Shown one piece after another: positions 9,340-20,381 of a stretch of 64,000 nucleotides of DNA. Under the pieces are notes generated by a model. The model saw nothing but the letters and a program-made list of their open reading frames with translations. It was not told where the DNA came from and made no database searches. The stretch's first letter is position 1. Each line of letters begins with the position of its first letter. A program made the position numbers and the translations under genes. Source of the stretch: an uncultured Methanomicrobiaceae archaeon (GTDB lineage Archaea > Halobacteriota > Methanomicrobia > Methanomicrobiales > Methanoculleaceae); contig CAWGXH010000004.1 in assembly GCA_963826525.1 (NCBI GenBank), positions 1,216,001-1,280,000 of the forward strand, written 5' to 3'.

Positions 9340-12120
9340 TTATTCGATGACGATTGCGGGCTTGAAGGGGAGCGCTCCCGATGCCTTCGGATGATCGCTC
9401 TCGTTTGCGCCCTGGATTCGCACCGGAACACCGAACTCCTTCTCCAGGAACTCGCGTGCCCCTTCGAGGACGGCATGCTCGTCGATCATGGTGCTCAGGA
9501 GCTGCTCCACGAGCTTTGGCGGAAGCCTGAGCACGAGTTTCGTGACCTGCTTTGCGGTCTCCGTCGCCTCTTTACCCCGCCTTCGCATCTGCTCGTCCTT
9601 CATGACCTCCCTGACCACCTGCGTCTTGTCGGTGCTCGCGGCGACCGTCCGGAAGACCTGATGCTTCCAGGCCGGGGCAACGAAGAGGCTGATGGATGCT
9701 GGTGTTATGGGGATGAGCTTCTTGATCGACTCGATATCCTCGACCGTCCGGGCGAGGAGCTCTTCGGCGAGCTCGATCTCCGGATTGATACGTGCCTCGT
9801 CGGTGACCGGCCAGGCTGCAAAGGAGATCATCCCGGACTCTCCGAGGTCGTTCCAGAGAGCCTCGCAGGTAAAGGGGATGAACGGAGCGAGGAGCCGTAC
9901 CCAGACCCTGCAGAGGTCGTCGAGCACCGCTCCGCCGCTCGTCCCCTCCGGGAGGCGACGGCGGTACCATTTGAGGTCGGACTCGATCCCGAAGAAGGCC
10001 TCCTGGAGCGCCTGCCGGGTCTGGAACGACTCGAACGCTGCGGTCACGGCAGTGATACGCTGCTGGAGCCTGCTCTGCAGCCACGGATCGATCGCAGACG
10101 AACCCTCCGCGCCGCGTGCTTCCTGCACGGTGTTCCAGAAGCGCTCGATCTGCCGCCGTGTCGAGGAGACAAGTTCGTTCCGCCAGTCGAAGTCCTGCCA
10201 CGGCTCTGCACTCCCGACGAGGAACATCCTGACGGTGTCGGCACCGAACTCCTCGAGCGCATCCTCGAGCAGGAAGACATTCCCCTTGCTCGAGGACATC
10301 TTCGCCCCGTTCAAGAGACCCATGCCGAAGACGACCATTCCCTTCGGCTGCAGTTCCTCCGGGAAGATTGCCCTGTGGTGGAAGAGCTGGAAGGTGAGGT
10401 GGTTTGAGATGAGGTCCTTTGCACTGAACCGGTACTGGTACGGGTACCAGTAGAGGAACTCGCTCCTGAGCTTCTCCAGCGTCTCGCGATCGACGGTCTC
10501 GGGAGACCCTTCGCCGAGGAAGATGTACTCGAAGACCTCCGGGGTGAGTTTCTCGGGTGCAATCGCCCTGAGGTGGTGGGCGATGGTATAGTAGGCCATG
10601 TAGATCGTCGAGTCGGAGAGCGGTTCGATGATCCAGGCAGGATCCCAGGGAAGTTTCGTCCCGAGACCGACCCGCCGGGTGCATGCCCAGTCCTTCAGCC
10701 AGTCGACCGTCCGGTCGAACTCCGCCCGGACCTCGGCGGGAACAAGCGACATCTCCGCAAGCTGATCGTGCACCTCCGCCTTCCATGCGGGGTCGCTGTA
10801 CTCGAGGAACCACTGGTCGTGCAGAATCCGCACGAAGACCCGGCCGCCGCACCGGCAGACGACCTGACGGATATCGAACTCGTACATGACGATCGAGCCG
10901 TGCTCTTCGAGCATCGTCGCGGCGACGGTGTCTCTCGCCTCACGGACGGGTCTGCCGCCGTACTTCTCGTGGAGTCGGCCGCGGGAGAACTCGGCGCTGT
11001 AGACCTCCTGGGTGAGCGCCTCCATCCCGGGGTCGTTCTGGTCGGTGATTCCTGCGCGCTCGACGGCATCCCGTGCCGGGAACTCTCCGTAACCGTCGAC
11101 GCTGATGAGGGAGATAGGTTTGATACCGGTATACTTCCCCTGCTGCTGCAGGTCACGGAGGGCGATATAATCGAACGGGGCGTGGGCGGGCACGCTCATG
11201 ACGATCCCGCTGCCCATATCGGGGTCGACGAAGCAGGCGGGGAGGATGGGAACCTCGCCCGAGAGGGGGTGGGAGACGGTCTTGCCGATGAGATCGGTGC
11301 CGGGGACCGTCTCCAGCACGAAGACCTCGTGGTCCTGGAGACCGATCTTCTCGGCCGCCTCGGGACTAACGATCCACTCCTGACCGTCGACCTTCACCCG
11401 GACATACGTGGTGCCGGGGTTGACCCAGAGATTCGTCACGCCGTAGGTCGTCTCGGGCCTGAGCGTGGCGCACGGTATCAGGGCGTCGCCGAGCCGGAAC
11501 ATCACCAGCGTGAACTTGATGATCTCCGCTTTGTCGCCCTCGAGGAGGTCGTGGTCGCCGACCGGGTTCTCGCACTGGGGGCAGTACTTGACGGGGTGAG
11601 CGCCCCTGACGACATGCTCCTCTTCGTGCAGGTGCTTGTACTGCCACTCGATGAACTTGCTGTACTGGGGGTCGACGGTGATGAACCGCCGCCGCCAGTC
11701 GATCGAGAGGCCGCAGCGCTGCATGACCCGCTTGTACTCCTCGCTGAAGTACCGGACGATCTCCATCGGATCGACGAACCGGTCGAGGAGATCCTGGGGG
11801 ACCCTGTAGAGGTCACGGTACAGCCCTACGGTCTTCTTATCGCCGCTCGCGATCCTTTTAGAGATCCCGATGACGGGTGTCCCCGTGACATGAAAGGCCA
11901 TCGGGAAGAGCACCTGCTTTCCGGTCATCCGCCTGAACCGTGCAAGCACGTCGGGCACGATGTAGGTGCGCCCGTGGCCGACGTGCATGGCGCCGCTCGG
12001 ATACGGATAGGCTACCGTGAGGTAGAACTTCTCTTTGTCTGCGGGATCGGCTTCAAAGGCGTGATCCCATCGCTGAATCAGCTCTTTCTCAGTATATCGC
12101 ATATCAAGTCCGCTCAACAA
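9340..12120 (-). CDS. leuS: Leucine--tRNA ligase (archaeal type; alternative ATG start at 12102)
   Basis: YPYPSGAMHVGH, ATLRPET, SVPAHAPFD and KMSSSKGN; 926 aa. Confidence 0.97.
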   Translation of the reverse strand: MLSGLDMRYTEKELIQRWDHAFEADPADKEKFYLTVAYPYPSGAMHVGHGRTYIVPDVLARFRRMTGKQVLFPMAFHVTGTPVIGISKRIASGDKKTVGLYRDLYRVPQDLLDRFVDPMEIVRYFSEEYKRVMQRCGLSIDWRRRFITVDPQYSKFIEWQYKHLHEEEHVVRGAHPVKYCPQCENPVGDHDLLEGDKAEIIKFTLVMFRLGDALIPCATLRPETTYGVTNLWVNPGTTYVRVKVDGQEWIVSPEAAEKIGLQDHEVFVLETVPGTDLIGKTVSHPLSGEVPILPACFVDPDMGSGIVMSVPAHAPFDYIALRDLQQQGKYTGIKPISLISVDGYGEFPARDAVERAGITDQNDPGMEALTQEVYSAEFSRGRLHEKYGGRPVREARDTVAATMLEEHGSIVMYEFDIRQVVCRCGGRVFVRILHDQWFLEYSDPAWKAEVHDQLAEMSLVPAEVRAEFDRTVDWLKDWACTRRVGLGTKLPWDPAWIIEPLSDSTIYMAYYTIAHHLRAIAPEKLTPEVFEYIFLGEGSPETVDRETLEKLRSEFLYWYPYQYRFSAKDLISNHLTFQLFHHRAIFPEELQPKGMVVFGMGLLNGAKMSSSKGNVFLLEDALEEFGADTVRMFLVGSAEPWQDFDWRNELVSSTRRQIERFWNTVQEARGAEGSSAIDPWLQSRLQQRITAVTAAFESFQTRQALQEAFFGIESDLKWYRRRLPEGTSGGAVLDDLCRVWVRLLAPFIPFTCEALWNDLGESGMISFAAWPVTDEARINPEIELAEELLARTVEDIESIKKLIPITPASISLFVAPAWKHQVFRTVAASTDKTQVVREVMKDEQMRRRGKEATETAKQVTKLVLRLPPKLVEQLLSTMIDEHAVLEGAREFLEKEFGVPVRIQGANESDHPKASGALPFKPAIVIE

Positions 12121-12159
12121 AACTCCTCCGAAATTCGCTCCTCTCCATACTCCCTTGAA

Positions 12160-14028
12160 TCACACGGGCCGCAGTCGGATCGTCTCTCCTTCGTTGTACC
12201 GCTTGATCATTTCCTGCGCAATGGTGCTGTTTTTGGCGAGCAGGATATCGCCTTCATCGTTGACCGTGGCCGTGAAGAGGTATTCCTTCCCGGCGAAGAC
12301 GTCGACGATCTTACCTTTGTGCTCGGGTGATACGATCGTCAGCTGCTTTTTATCGATGCGGATCCTGATGCCGCCGCTTATCTGCATCTCCTCTTCGACC
12401 GGTTTCTTCGTCTCAAGCTCGCTTCTCGGCCTGATATCGATCCCGATCCCGAGTTTGTTCACGATAGCGGCGATGTTTTTACCGCCCTTGCCGATGGCGG
12501 CGGGAACGTCCTTGTCCTCGATGTAGACGATCGCCTTGTTATCGTTCACGATCCGGACGTCGATTGCGCCGTCCGTATACCTGCCGATCTCCCGCTGGAT
12601 GTCCTTCTCAGCGAGCCTCCAGGAGACGTTCTCCTCGGGTTCGGACACGGCCGGAGCAGGCTGTTCCGGTTCCTCGCGAGCCTGTCTGATCGGCATGACG
12701 AACGTCTCCCCTTCGTAGCGGAAGACCTCGATCTCCACCTCGCGCCGGGTGTACTCACGGACGGTGATGACCGGCCGCATCTGCATATCGCCGCTCATGC
12801 CCTCAGGCACTTTGATCGTCAGATCGAGGTCGTAGATCATGGTGATCTCGCCCTTCGAGACGAATATGATCGTATTGATGATCTGCGGCAGGACACTGTA
12901 GTCGACGCGGTCGCAGAACCGCTGCAGTGCGTCGTGAACACCCATGGCATGCACGACGCCGACCATGCCCATGCCGGCAAGCCGCATATCGGAGTAGACA
13001 CTGAAATCCTCGCTCTTTCGGAGCTCGTCGAAGATAACGTAGTCGGGGCGGACGAGGAGGAGAACCTCGGCCGTGTTCGCCATGCTCCCGTCAAGCGCCG
13101 TGTACTGCGTAATGTGGTCCGGCACCTGCAGGTCCCGCGGAGCCTCCATGGTCTTGACGATGAAGTCGTGGTCGGCGAGGAATGTGGCGAGGCTCTGGGC
13201 AAGGGTCGTCTTTCCGGCTCCCGGAGGTCCGGCGATGGGTACACCCCTGCGGTTTCCGAGGATCCGCCGCTTGATCTCGGGAGCCATGTTGTAGTCGTCG
13301 AGGGAGATATCCACGAGCGGACGCACCGCCGTGATCTCCATTCCGTCGGCGAAGGGCCTCCGTGCAATCGCGATCCGGAGGGAGCCGATCTGCACCACCG
13401 TTATGCCGCGCTTCTCCACCTCGATGAAACCGTCCGGGTCGCGCTTGGCACGCTCGAGAATCTCCTGAGCCATGTGGCGGAGCTCGTGTTCGGAGAGTGG
13501 ATTGTCCCGGAGCGTCACCAGTCTCATATCTTTGAGTTTTCCCTTCTTCGCGATGGGAGGGACGCGCTCCTTGAGGGTTACTGCGATCGTCTCCTCATCG
13601 AAGAACTGATCGATCGAGAGCGGGGAGAAATCGCCGATCTGCGGGCGGAGATAGAGGACGTCAAGTCCTTTCGCTTTTGCGACCTCCGCCTGGACGAGGT
13701 CGCTCGTGATGAACTTCGCATCATGCTGGAGGGCGACGTTCCGGATCAGTGCGTCGATCTCACCGCCGCTTGAGAGTTTCACCTGCTCGAGGCTCGGACG
13801 ATCGCCGGCAAACTTCAGCTCGATGATCTTCTCACCCATCATTCTATAGAGTTGCTGCAGCTCGTTTAAACCGGAGAAGCCGATCTCGCGTCCCTGGTTG
13901 GCCTGTGCCTCGAGCTCCGCGACGACTGCCTCGGGTATGATTATTGTTGCGCCTGTATAGTCACCTGTTTTTATCATTGAGGTGATGCGCCCGTCTATTA
14001 CGACGCTTGTATCGGGTACAATTATCAT
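12160..14028 (-). CDS. PIN-domain ATPase with KH domain (PINA family)
   Basis: PIN motif IVPDTSVVIDG, Walker A GPPGAGKT, VIFDELR and KH motif IGKGGKNI. Confidence 0.9.
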   Translation of the reverse strand: MIIVPDTSVVIDGRITSMIKTGDYTGATIIIPEAVVAELEAQANQGREIGFSGLNELQQLYRMMGEKIIELKFAGDRPSLEQVKLSSGGEIDALIRNVALQHDAKFITSDLVQAEVAKAKGLDVLYLRPQIGDFSPLSIDQFFDEETIAVTLKERVPPIAKKGKLKDMRLVTLRDNPLSEHELRHMAQEILERAKRDPDGFIEVEKRGITVVQIGSLRIAIARRPFADGMEITAVRPLVDISLDDYNMAPEIKRRILGNRRGVPIAGPPGAGKTTLAQSLATFLADHDFIVKTMEAPRDLQVPDHITQYTALDGSMANTAEVLLLVRPDYVIFDELRKSEDFSVYSDMRLAGMGMVGVVHAMGVHDALQRFCDRVDYSVLPQIINTIIFVSKGEITMIYDLDLTIKVPEGMSGDMQMRPVITVREYTRREVEIEVFRYEGETFVMPIRQAREEPEQPAPAVSEPEENVSWRLAEKDIQREIGRYTDGAIDVRIVNDNKAIVYIEDKDVPAAIGKGGKNIAAIVNKLGIGIDIRPRSELETKKPVEEEMQISGGIRIRIDKKQLTIVSPEHKGKIVDVFAGKEYLFTATVNDEGDILLAKNSTIAQEMIKRYNEGETIRLRPV

Positions 14029-14052
14029 AAAAATATCACCATATAGTTGAGG

Positions 14053-14419
14053 TCATTCACCCTTATTAGCATATACCTTCTCTGGATCAAAGACTTTCCC
14101 GGAGATCTCTTCTCCGTCGATGGTTCGATAGAAGCAGACTCATATGGCCGGTATGGCAGGCCGCGCCCTGCTGCTCCACCAGGTAGAGGATGGCGTCCTC
14201 GTCGCAGTCGGTCAGGATCCTGACGATTCGCTGCACATGACCGCTCTCTTCGCCTTTTTTCCAGATCTTTTGTCTGCTCCTGCTATAGTAATGAGCATAC
14301 CCGGTATCTCTGGTACGTTTCAGTGCCGCATCGTTAGCATAGGCGAGCATCAGCACCTCGCGGGTGGTCGAGTCCTGTACTATAACGGGCACCAGGCCAC
14401 CGTCAAAGTTGATTGTCAT
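14053..14419 (-). CDS. hisI: Phosphoribosyl-AMP cyclohydrolase (+1 frameshift near 14138)
   Basis: [24 protein letters not shown] and ACHTG. The shifted frame continues [11 protein letters not shown]...VYANKGE*. Confidence 0.93.
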
Positions 14420-14425
14420 ATCGTA

Positions 14426-15211
14426 TCACATTCCTGCAAGCGCCTTTATGATCCAGTAGAGGATATCTCCTATGAAGAGTGCTGCTATGAACCCTGCCGT
14501 GATCGGGATGATGAACGGTATGCCGTACGAGATCCAGACCTGTCCGGCTTTCCGGTACAGTGCAAGTTCTTCCCGGTAGCGCTCGGGGTAGAGCCGCAGA
14601 TCCTTTGTATACCTGCGCCGGTTTCCTGTCGCCATGCGCCGGAGCGTCTCGCCGAATCCGACGAAGCGCCGCTCCACGGTTCCGTCCCGCTCCTCGATAT
14701 CTTCCATCACGAAGCCGAACGTATTCTGGATCTCCTTTCCGTCCACCGGAAAGCCGAGAAACAGGTAGGGAAGCGGAGCTCTGTTCCTCTCCGAGATATT
14801 TTTCAGGAATATCAGAGCGGGTGCGGCAATGTTCAGGAGAACGGCGTTTCCGAGCACGGTAAATGGAAAGAATCCGTGAGGTGGAATGCCGAGGAGCGGA
14901 TCTATTGGGAAGAACGGCATAGCCGCGGTGATGATGATGAGGGCGTAGGCGTCGGCACCCCCGAACATGTTATAGGCGGCAAATGCGTAAAAAAATCCGC
15001 AGAACAGGGCGACCATGATGAGATAGGCCGCAGCCATCCGCCAGTCGGCAAGGAGTGTCGTGCCGTACACCAGGAGTGCCATCGGTGCGGCGATCAGCAG
15101 TGCCGGGCGCCAGGTCTTGTGCGGCACCCGGCGTTCACGCAGGTCCCGATACGATGCATAGAGCAGGGTAGCGCCTATGGCGACTGCAGTAATTGCGAGC
15201 GGCAGAATCAT
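14426..15211 (-). CDS. A24 prepilin/preflagellin peptidase (FlaK/PibD-like)
   Basis: Multi-TM protein with YASYRDLRERRV, FGGADA and VWISYGIPFIIPI. Confidence 0.9.
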   Translation of the reverse strand: MILPLAITAVAIGATLLYASYRDLRERRVPHKTWRPALLIAAPMALLVYGTTLLADWRMAAAYLIMVALFCGFFYAFAAYNMFGGADAYALIIITAAMPFFPIDPLLGIPPHGFFPFTVLGNAVLLNIAAPALIFLKNISERNRAPLPYLFLGFPVDGKEIQNTFGFVMEDIEERDGTVERRFVGFGETLRRMATGNRRRYTKDLRLYPERYREELALYRKAGQVWISYGIPFIIPITAGFIAALFIGDILYWIIKALAGM

Positions 15212-15529
15212 GGGACGGGTAGAGATATGGGTTTGGTTCCTCATATGTCTGGCGATTTAGCCGCATGTGATGAGACATCTCCCGATGCAGGGATGGTCCG
15301 GGCATGAGCGCCGGTGGCGCGGATGACTCCGAAGCACCTCTGCAGTATCGAAGAAACGTTCTTTGCAGGTTGCCTCCGGGACGGAACGGATCCGTTGGTT
15401 TTTGCCGGATATCTGGCGATTTATTGCCTTCGGGAGCACACAAACTATTAATAATAGTCTGGTCATCTGGTATTGTGTGAGCGACCGATCCTCACGGGGC
15501 TCGGTCGGTACACGTAACTGTCGGTTTAA

Positions 15530-16171
15530 ATGGACGTACGCGGCCTTATAGACGAAATTATCGGGCGGTCGACATACCTTGGGAATTCTTCTCTCGATGA
15601 GATGTTGCGGCACGCTACGGAGCGGACCATCAGCGGTCTCGGCGTAGCGGGGAACGGCAACGCCATATTCGTGCTGGCGGTAGTTGGTGGCGAGCCGGAA
15701 GGCGCTCTCTTTGCCGATGAGAAAGGTTCGCTCTTCGGTGACAAGGCGGTGCTTCAGATCGACGGATCGGAAGAGTTCCGCCTCTACCAGGTTGCGCTGC
15801 CGGTACTCGACGCGCTGGTGGCACGGTGCCGGATATACGACCGGAGCCATCTGAAAAAGAGTGCTCTTGCTGATATCCCGACCATCGAGAGTGGCATGCA
15901 GCAGCGAATAGGAGTGCTCTGCCTGACTGTTGTCAACCATGGTAGGCCGGTTGGTGGGGTGCATGTCTCGCTCAGAAAGGGCAAGCTCGTGATTGCCACC
16001 GATATGACCACTTCCGACGGTTCTGTCTGTTTTAAGCTCTTGAGTGGGCGGTATACGTGTATAGTATCCGATAAAACCGGTGATCTGACCCGGTTTGTCA
16101 TCGACTTCGCAGAGGCGAGGCACGAATCGGTTGTAGATATTGGGGGCACATTCAATGAGGACACAGGATGA
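15530..16171 (+). CDS. Hypothetical protein with C-terminal carboxypeptidase-regulatory-like beta domain
   Basis: 213-aa ORF overlapping the ATPase start; GRPVGGVHVSL...TTSDGSVCFKLLSGRYT. Confidence 0.7.
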   Translation: MDVRGLIDEIIGRSTYLGNSSLDEMLRHATERTISGLGVAGNGNAIFVLAVVGGEPEGALFADEKGSLFGDKAVLQIDGSEEFRLYQVALPVLDALVARCRIYDRSHLKKSALADIPTIESGMQQRIGVLCLTVVNHGRPVGGVHVSLRKGKLVIATDMTTSDGSVCFKLLSGRYTCIVSDKTGDLTRFVIDFAEARHESVVDIGGTFNEDTG

Positions 16172-18386
16172 TTCTGAAGACGAGTTAATTGCAGCAGTAA
16201 AAAACGTTCTTGCGCAGAGCAGTACGTCGAATGAGGGGGGTGAACCTGCCGGAACCTCGCAAAGCGAGGATCTGCCCCGGGATGCGGTTCCTCTCCCCGG
16301 CGGGGTGGATTCTCCGGATACGCCTCCTCCCGCTGCAAATGCAGAGGTAAAGAGGAACTTCCGATCCATCGTTGATGCCGTCCTCGCGCAATCGGGAGGG
16401 GCGATGGGCGGTCAGGCGAGGAGCCCCGCCGCTGCTCCGAAAAAACCGGATGCCGGCGTTCCCCCGGAGACACGCGAGGGGCTCCTTGGCATGGCAAAGA
16501 GCCTTGCCCGGGAGTCACCTGCACCGGAGAGCGTGAGCGAGGAGGATGTCGGTGTGATCTCGGTCGACGATCTTGGGCACCTTGCCGATCTGATCCTTCC
16601 GAAGAGTGCGACGTTCGACGTCGACGATCTGCGTATCACCAGGAACGTGCACCATTTTGACTTCGCAGACGACGACCGGGTGGCTTCGGAGTTCGACGAC
16701 ATCTTCTCCGAGGCCTTCTCAGCGGCTGCGGTCAGTGACGCGGCAATCGGAGTGGCTGGTCCCCCCGAGGACGAGGAGCGCTCGCGCTTCGGCATGATCC
16801 GGAAGATGCGCCTGCCGAAGGTTCGGAGCGTTGTTGAGGAGTACAACCAGAAGGTTCACGGCCCTCTTGTCAATATGGCCTTCCGGGCCGCACAGGGGGT
16901 TGAAGAGATCGAGACGTACCCCGTAAACGAACCGTATGCATTCATCCGGGTGACGTACGACAATTCGACCCACGAGTACACCTATCATGTCATCGAGCCC
17001 GAGCTGAACGACGCGGAGAGGGAGCTCCTGGGAGAGATCAAGGAGCGGCTCTTTGAAACACTCGATATCACCGCCCGGGATATGACCCGCGACGCGGCAC
17101 GTCAGGCTCTCCGGGATGCATCCAATACGATAATCGCCGACTACAACATCAACCTGCAGCCCGCGGAGCGGGAGAAAGTCCTCTATAATGTGGAGAAGGA
17201 GTTCCTCGGCGACGGGCTCATCGACTCTATCATGCACGACAAGTACATCGAAGATATCTCGTGCGACGGCGTGAAGAGCACGATCTTCGTCTACCATACG
17301 ACCTACGAGTCGATGAAGACCAACCTGATGTACAGTACCGCTCAGAGCCTCGACTCGTTCGTCACGAAACTCGCACAGCGGGCCGGGAAGTACATCTCCA
17401 TCGCCGAACCGATGCTCGACGCCACCATGAACGACGGATCGCGTATCCAGATGACGCTCGGTTCGGAGGTCACCGCCCACGGTTCGACCTTTACGATCCG
17501 AAAGTTCCGGGAGGAGCCGATCACTCCGACCGACCTTATCGAGTGGCATACCTTCTCGCCGCTCGGCATTGCGTTCCTCTGGCTGGCGGTCGAGAGCGGG
17601 AAATCCTGTATCTTTGCGGGCGGAACGGCTTCGGGGAAGACCACGACCCTGAATGCTATCTCGCTCTTCATACCGCCGATGGTCAAGATCGTCACGCTCG
17701 AGGATACCCGGGAACTGAAACTTCCGCATCCGAACTGGATCCCGAGCATCACCCGTGATTCGTTCTCAAGTGACGGGCGGGGAGAGATCGACATGTACGA
17801 GCTTCTCCGTGCGGCACTCCGGCAGCGCCCCGAGTATATCCTGGTCGGTGAGGTCAGGGGCAAGGAGGCACTGACGCTCTTCCAGGCGATGAGCACCGGC
17901 CACGTCACCTATGCGACGATGCACGCCGATTCGGTGGCAAGCGCTGTTCACCGGCTCGAAAACCCGCCGATCGGTGTTCCGCGCAATATGCTCTCTGCAT
18001 TAAACCTCATCTCAATCCAGGTCCAGGGACGGGTGGGCGGTCAGCGGATCCGGCGGAACAAACAGCTCATCGAGATCCTCGATATCGACCCGAGGACGAA
18101 TGAACTGATAACGAACGAGGTCTTCCGGTGGCATCCGGCGACCGACGAGATACGCTACTCCGGCAAATCCTATATCCTCGAGCAGATCATGGAGGATCGC
18201 GGCTGGAGCGACGAGCGAATGCGTGAAGAGCTGAAACGCCGGCAGGAAGTCCTTGAGTGGATGCGGCTCAAAAAGATCCGCCACTACCAGGACGTCGCGA
18301 AGATTCTCATCTCCTACTTCCGCGATCCCGAGACGGTCATCCAGCGTGTCAGAACCGATCTCTACGGCGAGAGAGGTGCGGCATGA
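16155..18386 (+). CDS. Type II/IV secretion system ATPase (PilB/FlaI family) with long acidic N-terminal extension
   Basis: EDISCDG, GGTASGKTT, LEDTREL, LRQRPEYILVGEVRG and TGH..TMHA. Confidence 0.95.
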   Translation: MRTQDDSEDELIAAVKNVLAQSSTSNEGGEPAGTSQSEDLPRDAVPLPGGVDSPDTPPPAANAEVKRNFRSIVDAVLAQSGGAMGGQARSPAAAPKKPDAGVPPETREGLLGMAKSLARESPAPESVSEEDVGVISVDDLGHLADLILPKSATFDVDDLRITRNVHHFDFADDDRVASEFDDIFSEAFSAAAVSDAAIGVAGPPEDEERSRFGMIRKMRLPKVRSVVEEYNQKVHGPLVNMAFRAAQGVEEIETYPVNEPYAFIRVTYDNSTHEYTYHVIEPELNDAERELLGEIKERLFETLDITARDMTRDAARQALRDASNTIIADYNINLQPAEREKVLYNVEKEFLGDGLIDSIMHDKYIEDISCDGVKSTIFVYHTTYESMKTNLMYSTAQSLDSFVTKLAQRAGKYISIAEPMLDATMNDGSRIQMTLGSEVTAHGSTFTIRKFREEPITPTDLIEWHTFSPLGIAFLWLAVESGKSCIFAGGTASGKTTTLNAISLFIPPMVKIVTLEDTRELKLPHPNWIPSITRDSFSSDGRGEIDMYELLRAALRQRPEYILVGEVRGKEALTLFQAMSTGHVTYATMHADSVASAVHRLENPPIGVPRNMLSALNLISIQVQGRVGGQRIRRNKQLIEILDIDPRTNELITNEVFRWHPATDEIRYSGKSYILEQIMEDRGWSDERMREELKRRQEVLEWMRLKKIRHYQDVAKILISYFRDPETVIQRVRTDLYGERGAA

Positions 18387-19306
18387 ACGGTTTCGAACGG
18401 TTCTGCTTCAATCTGTTAGGGCCGAGGATGAAGGCCAAACGTGCCGACTACCTCAAGATGAGGAACGACATGATGAGCGCCCGAATGGGCACACCCTTTG
18501 AGGCCTACATGGCGACGGCATACGTCAGCTCGGTTGCGGTCGGCCTCGTCGCCGCTCTGCTGATAGGGTGCGTGACCTACCTGCTTCGGGTGCCCGAGAT
18601 GATCACCTATCGGGGTGCGGTGCCCGAGTTCCTCTACGCCCTCTCGGATTATCGTCTCCTCCTCGGGACGATCATCATCACCGCCTTCTCGCTCGCGATA
18701 TTCGGCGGGATCACCTACCTGATCTTCCTTGTCTATCCGGGGATCACCGCCGGTGAGCGGCGGCGGAATATCGACGCCACGCTGCCCTATGCCATCAACT
18801 ACGTCACGGCCATGTCGACGGCGGGTATCACTCCCGACGAGATCTTCCGCCTCCTCGGCGAGAGCAAAATCTACGGTGAGAGCGCGGTTGAATCCAGGTA
18901 CATCGCACGAGAAGTCGATTTCTTCGGAAAAGATCTCCTCGAAGCGCTCCGTACCGTCTCCACGGTGACGCCAAGCGAGCGGATGAAGGAGTTTCTGCAG
19001 GGTGCGGTCGCAAGCATCTCCAGCGGGAGCAATCTCACCGAGTACTTCCGCACCAAGGCACGGCAGTACTCGCTTGAGAACAACCAGCAGCAGAAGGCAT
19101 TTCTCGAGACCCTCGGGCTGATCGCCGAGTCGTACGTCACCGCCATGGTTGCGGGGATGCTCTTTATGATCATTCTCCAGTCGATCATGACGATCCTCTC
19201 CGGCGACAGTGACCCGTTCCTCCTGTATGTGATCATCTACCTGATCATCCCGTTCGGGAGTGTAATGTTCGTCGTCCTGATCAGCTCGATGACGCCGGAG
19301 GTGTGA
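18383..19306 (+). CDS. TadC/FlaJ-like type II secretion system F-family membrane protein
   Basis: IDATLPYAINYVTAMSTAG, TPSERMKEFL and multiple TM helices; ATGA overlap with the ATPase stop. Confidence 0.92.
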   Translation: MNGFERFCFNLLGPRMKAKRADYLKMRNDMMSARMGTPFEAYMATAYVSSVAVGLVAALLIGCVTYLLRVPEMITYRGAVPEFLYALSDYRLLLGTIIITAFSLAIFGGITYLIFLVYPGITAGERRRNIDATLPYAINYVTAMSTAGITPDEIFRLLGESKIYGESAVESRYIAREVDFFGKDLLEALRTVSTVTPSERMKEFLQGAVASISSGSNLTEYFRTKARQYSLENNQQQKAFLETLGLIAESYVTAMVAGMLFMIILQSIMTILSGDSDPFLLYVIIYLIIPFGSVMFVVLISSMTPEV

Positions 19307-19309
19307 TAC

Positions 19310-20348
19310 ATGGGATTTAAAGACGTCATGGACAACCTCTTAAATCGCGGCCCTGCCCGGAGCCACGACCTCCCCGACGCCGATCTTGAGACTGTCGAGC
19401 GTCGGCAGCAGGATATCCTCGACAAGATCGAGCATCAGCGCAAGACACGTGTGGGGTTCGGCAAGTTCATCAAAAATCCGGTGAAGTTCCTCACCGAGAA
19501 CCCGGTAAACGTCCTCTACATCTCTGTGCCGCTCGCCCTCGTCCTGCTCGCCGGAGGGTTTGTCACCCTCCTTGCCAATTATGGGATTTCGGTGCTCTTC
19601 TCGACGACAATGGTCGATGATGTGGCCGTCTTTGCCCTTCTCCTTGCCATCATCCCGCTCGCACTCCTGGACTTCAGGGAGTCCCGGCGGGTGAACAGCA
19701 TCGAGGAGTCGCTCCCGAACTTCTTCCGGGATGTCGCGGGGATGAACGACTCGGGAATGACGCTGCCGCATGCCATCCGGATCGTATCGGAGGGTGAGTA
19801 CGGGTACGCTCACGCCCCATATCCGGGAACTCGAGAAAGAGATGTCGTGGAGCGTGCCGTTTGTGGAGGCCATACGCCGGTTCGGCAGCCGGGTGAACAC
19901 CCCGCTCGCTGCACGGAGCGTCGACCTCATCGCTCACGCGAGTGCTGCCGGCGGGGACGTCTCCGAGGTTCTGCGGGCTGCCGCAAACGATGCATATGAG
20001 TTCTTCAACCTGAAGAGCGAGCGGCAGAACAACATGATGATCTATATGATAATCGTTCTGATGTCGTTCTTCGTCTTCCTCTTCGTCATCGGCGTCCTCT
20101 CGAGCACTTTCCTCGCCACCATGGCCGAGGCCGGCAAAGCAGTCTCCTCATCCGGCGCATCGAGTCAGTTCATGGGGTCGGTCAACCTCTTCCTCTACAA
20201 CAGGCTCTTCTGCCACGCCGCGCTTATCCAGGGATTCTTCTCCGGACTTGCCGCCGGTGTTATGGGTGAAGGACGAGTGGTCGCCGGCCTGAAGTATTCG
20301 GCCATGATGGTGATCATTGCCTGGGTTGCGTTCCGTTTCTTTATATAA
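19310..20348 (+). CDS. Second TadC-like F-family membrane protein (+1 frameshift near 19803)
   Basis: IEESLPNFFRD...EGEYG-TLTPHI...QGFFSGLAAGVMGEG across two frames. Confidence 0.9.
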
Positions 20349-20357
20349 TCCGTTTCA

Positions 20358-20381
20358 TCCCCGGGTGCGAACACCCGGGGA
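20358..20381. terminator. Perfect 10-bp hairpin just after the pilus operon
   Basis: TCCCCGGGTG-CGAA-CACCCGGGGA, 10 nt after the stop codon in a convergent spacer. Terminator function is inferred. Confidence 0.4.
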
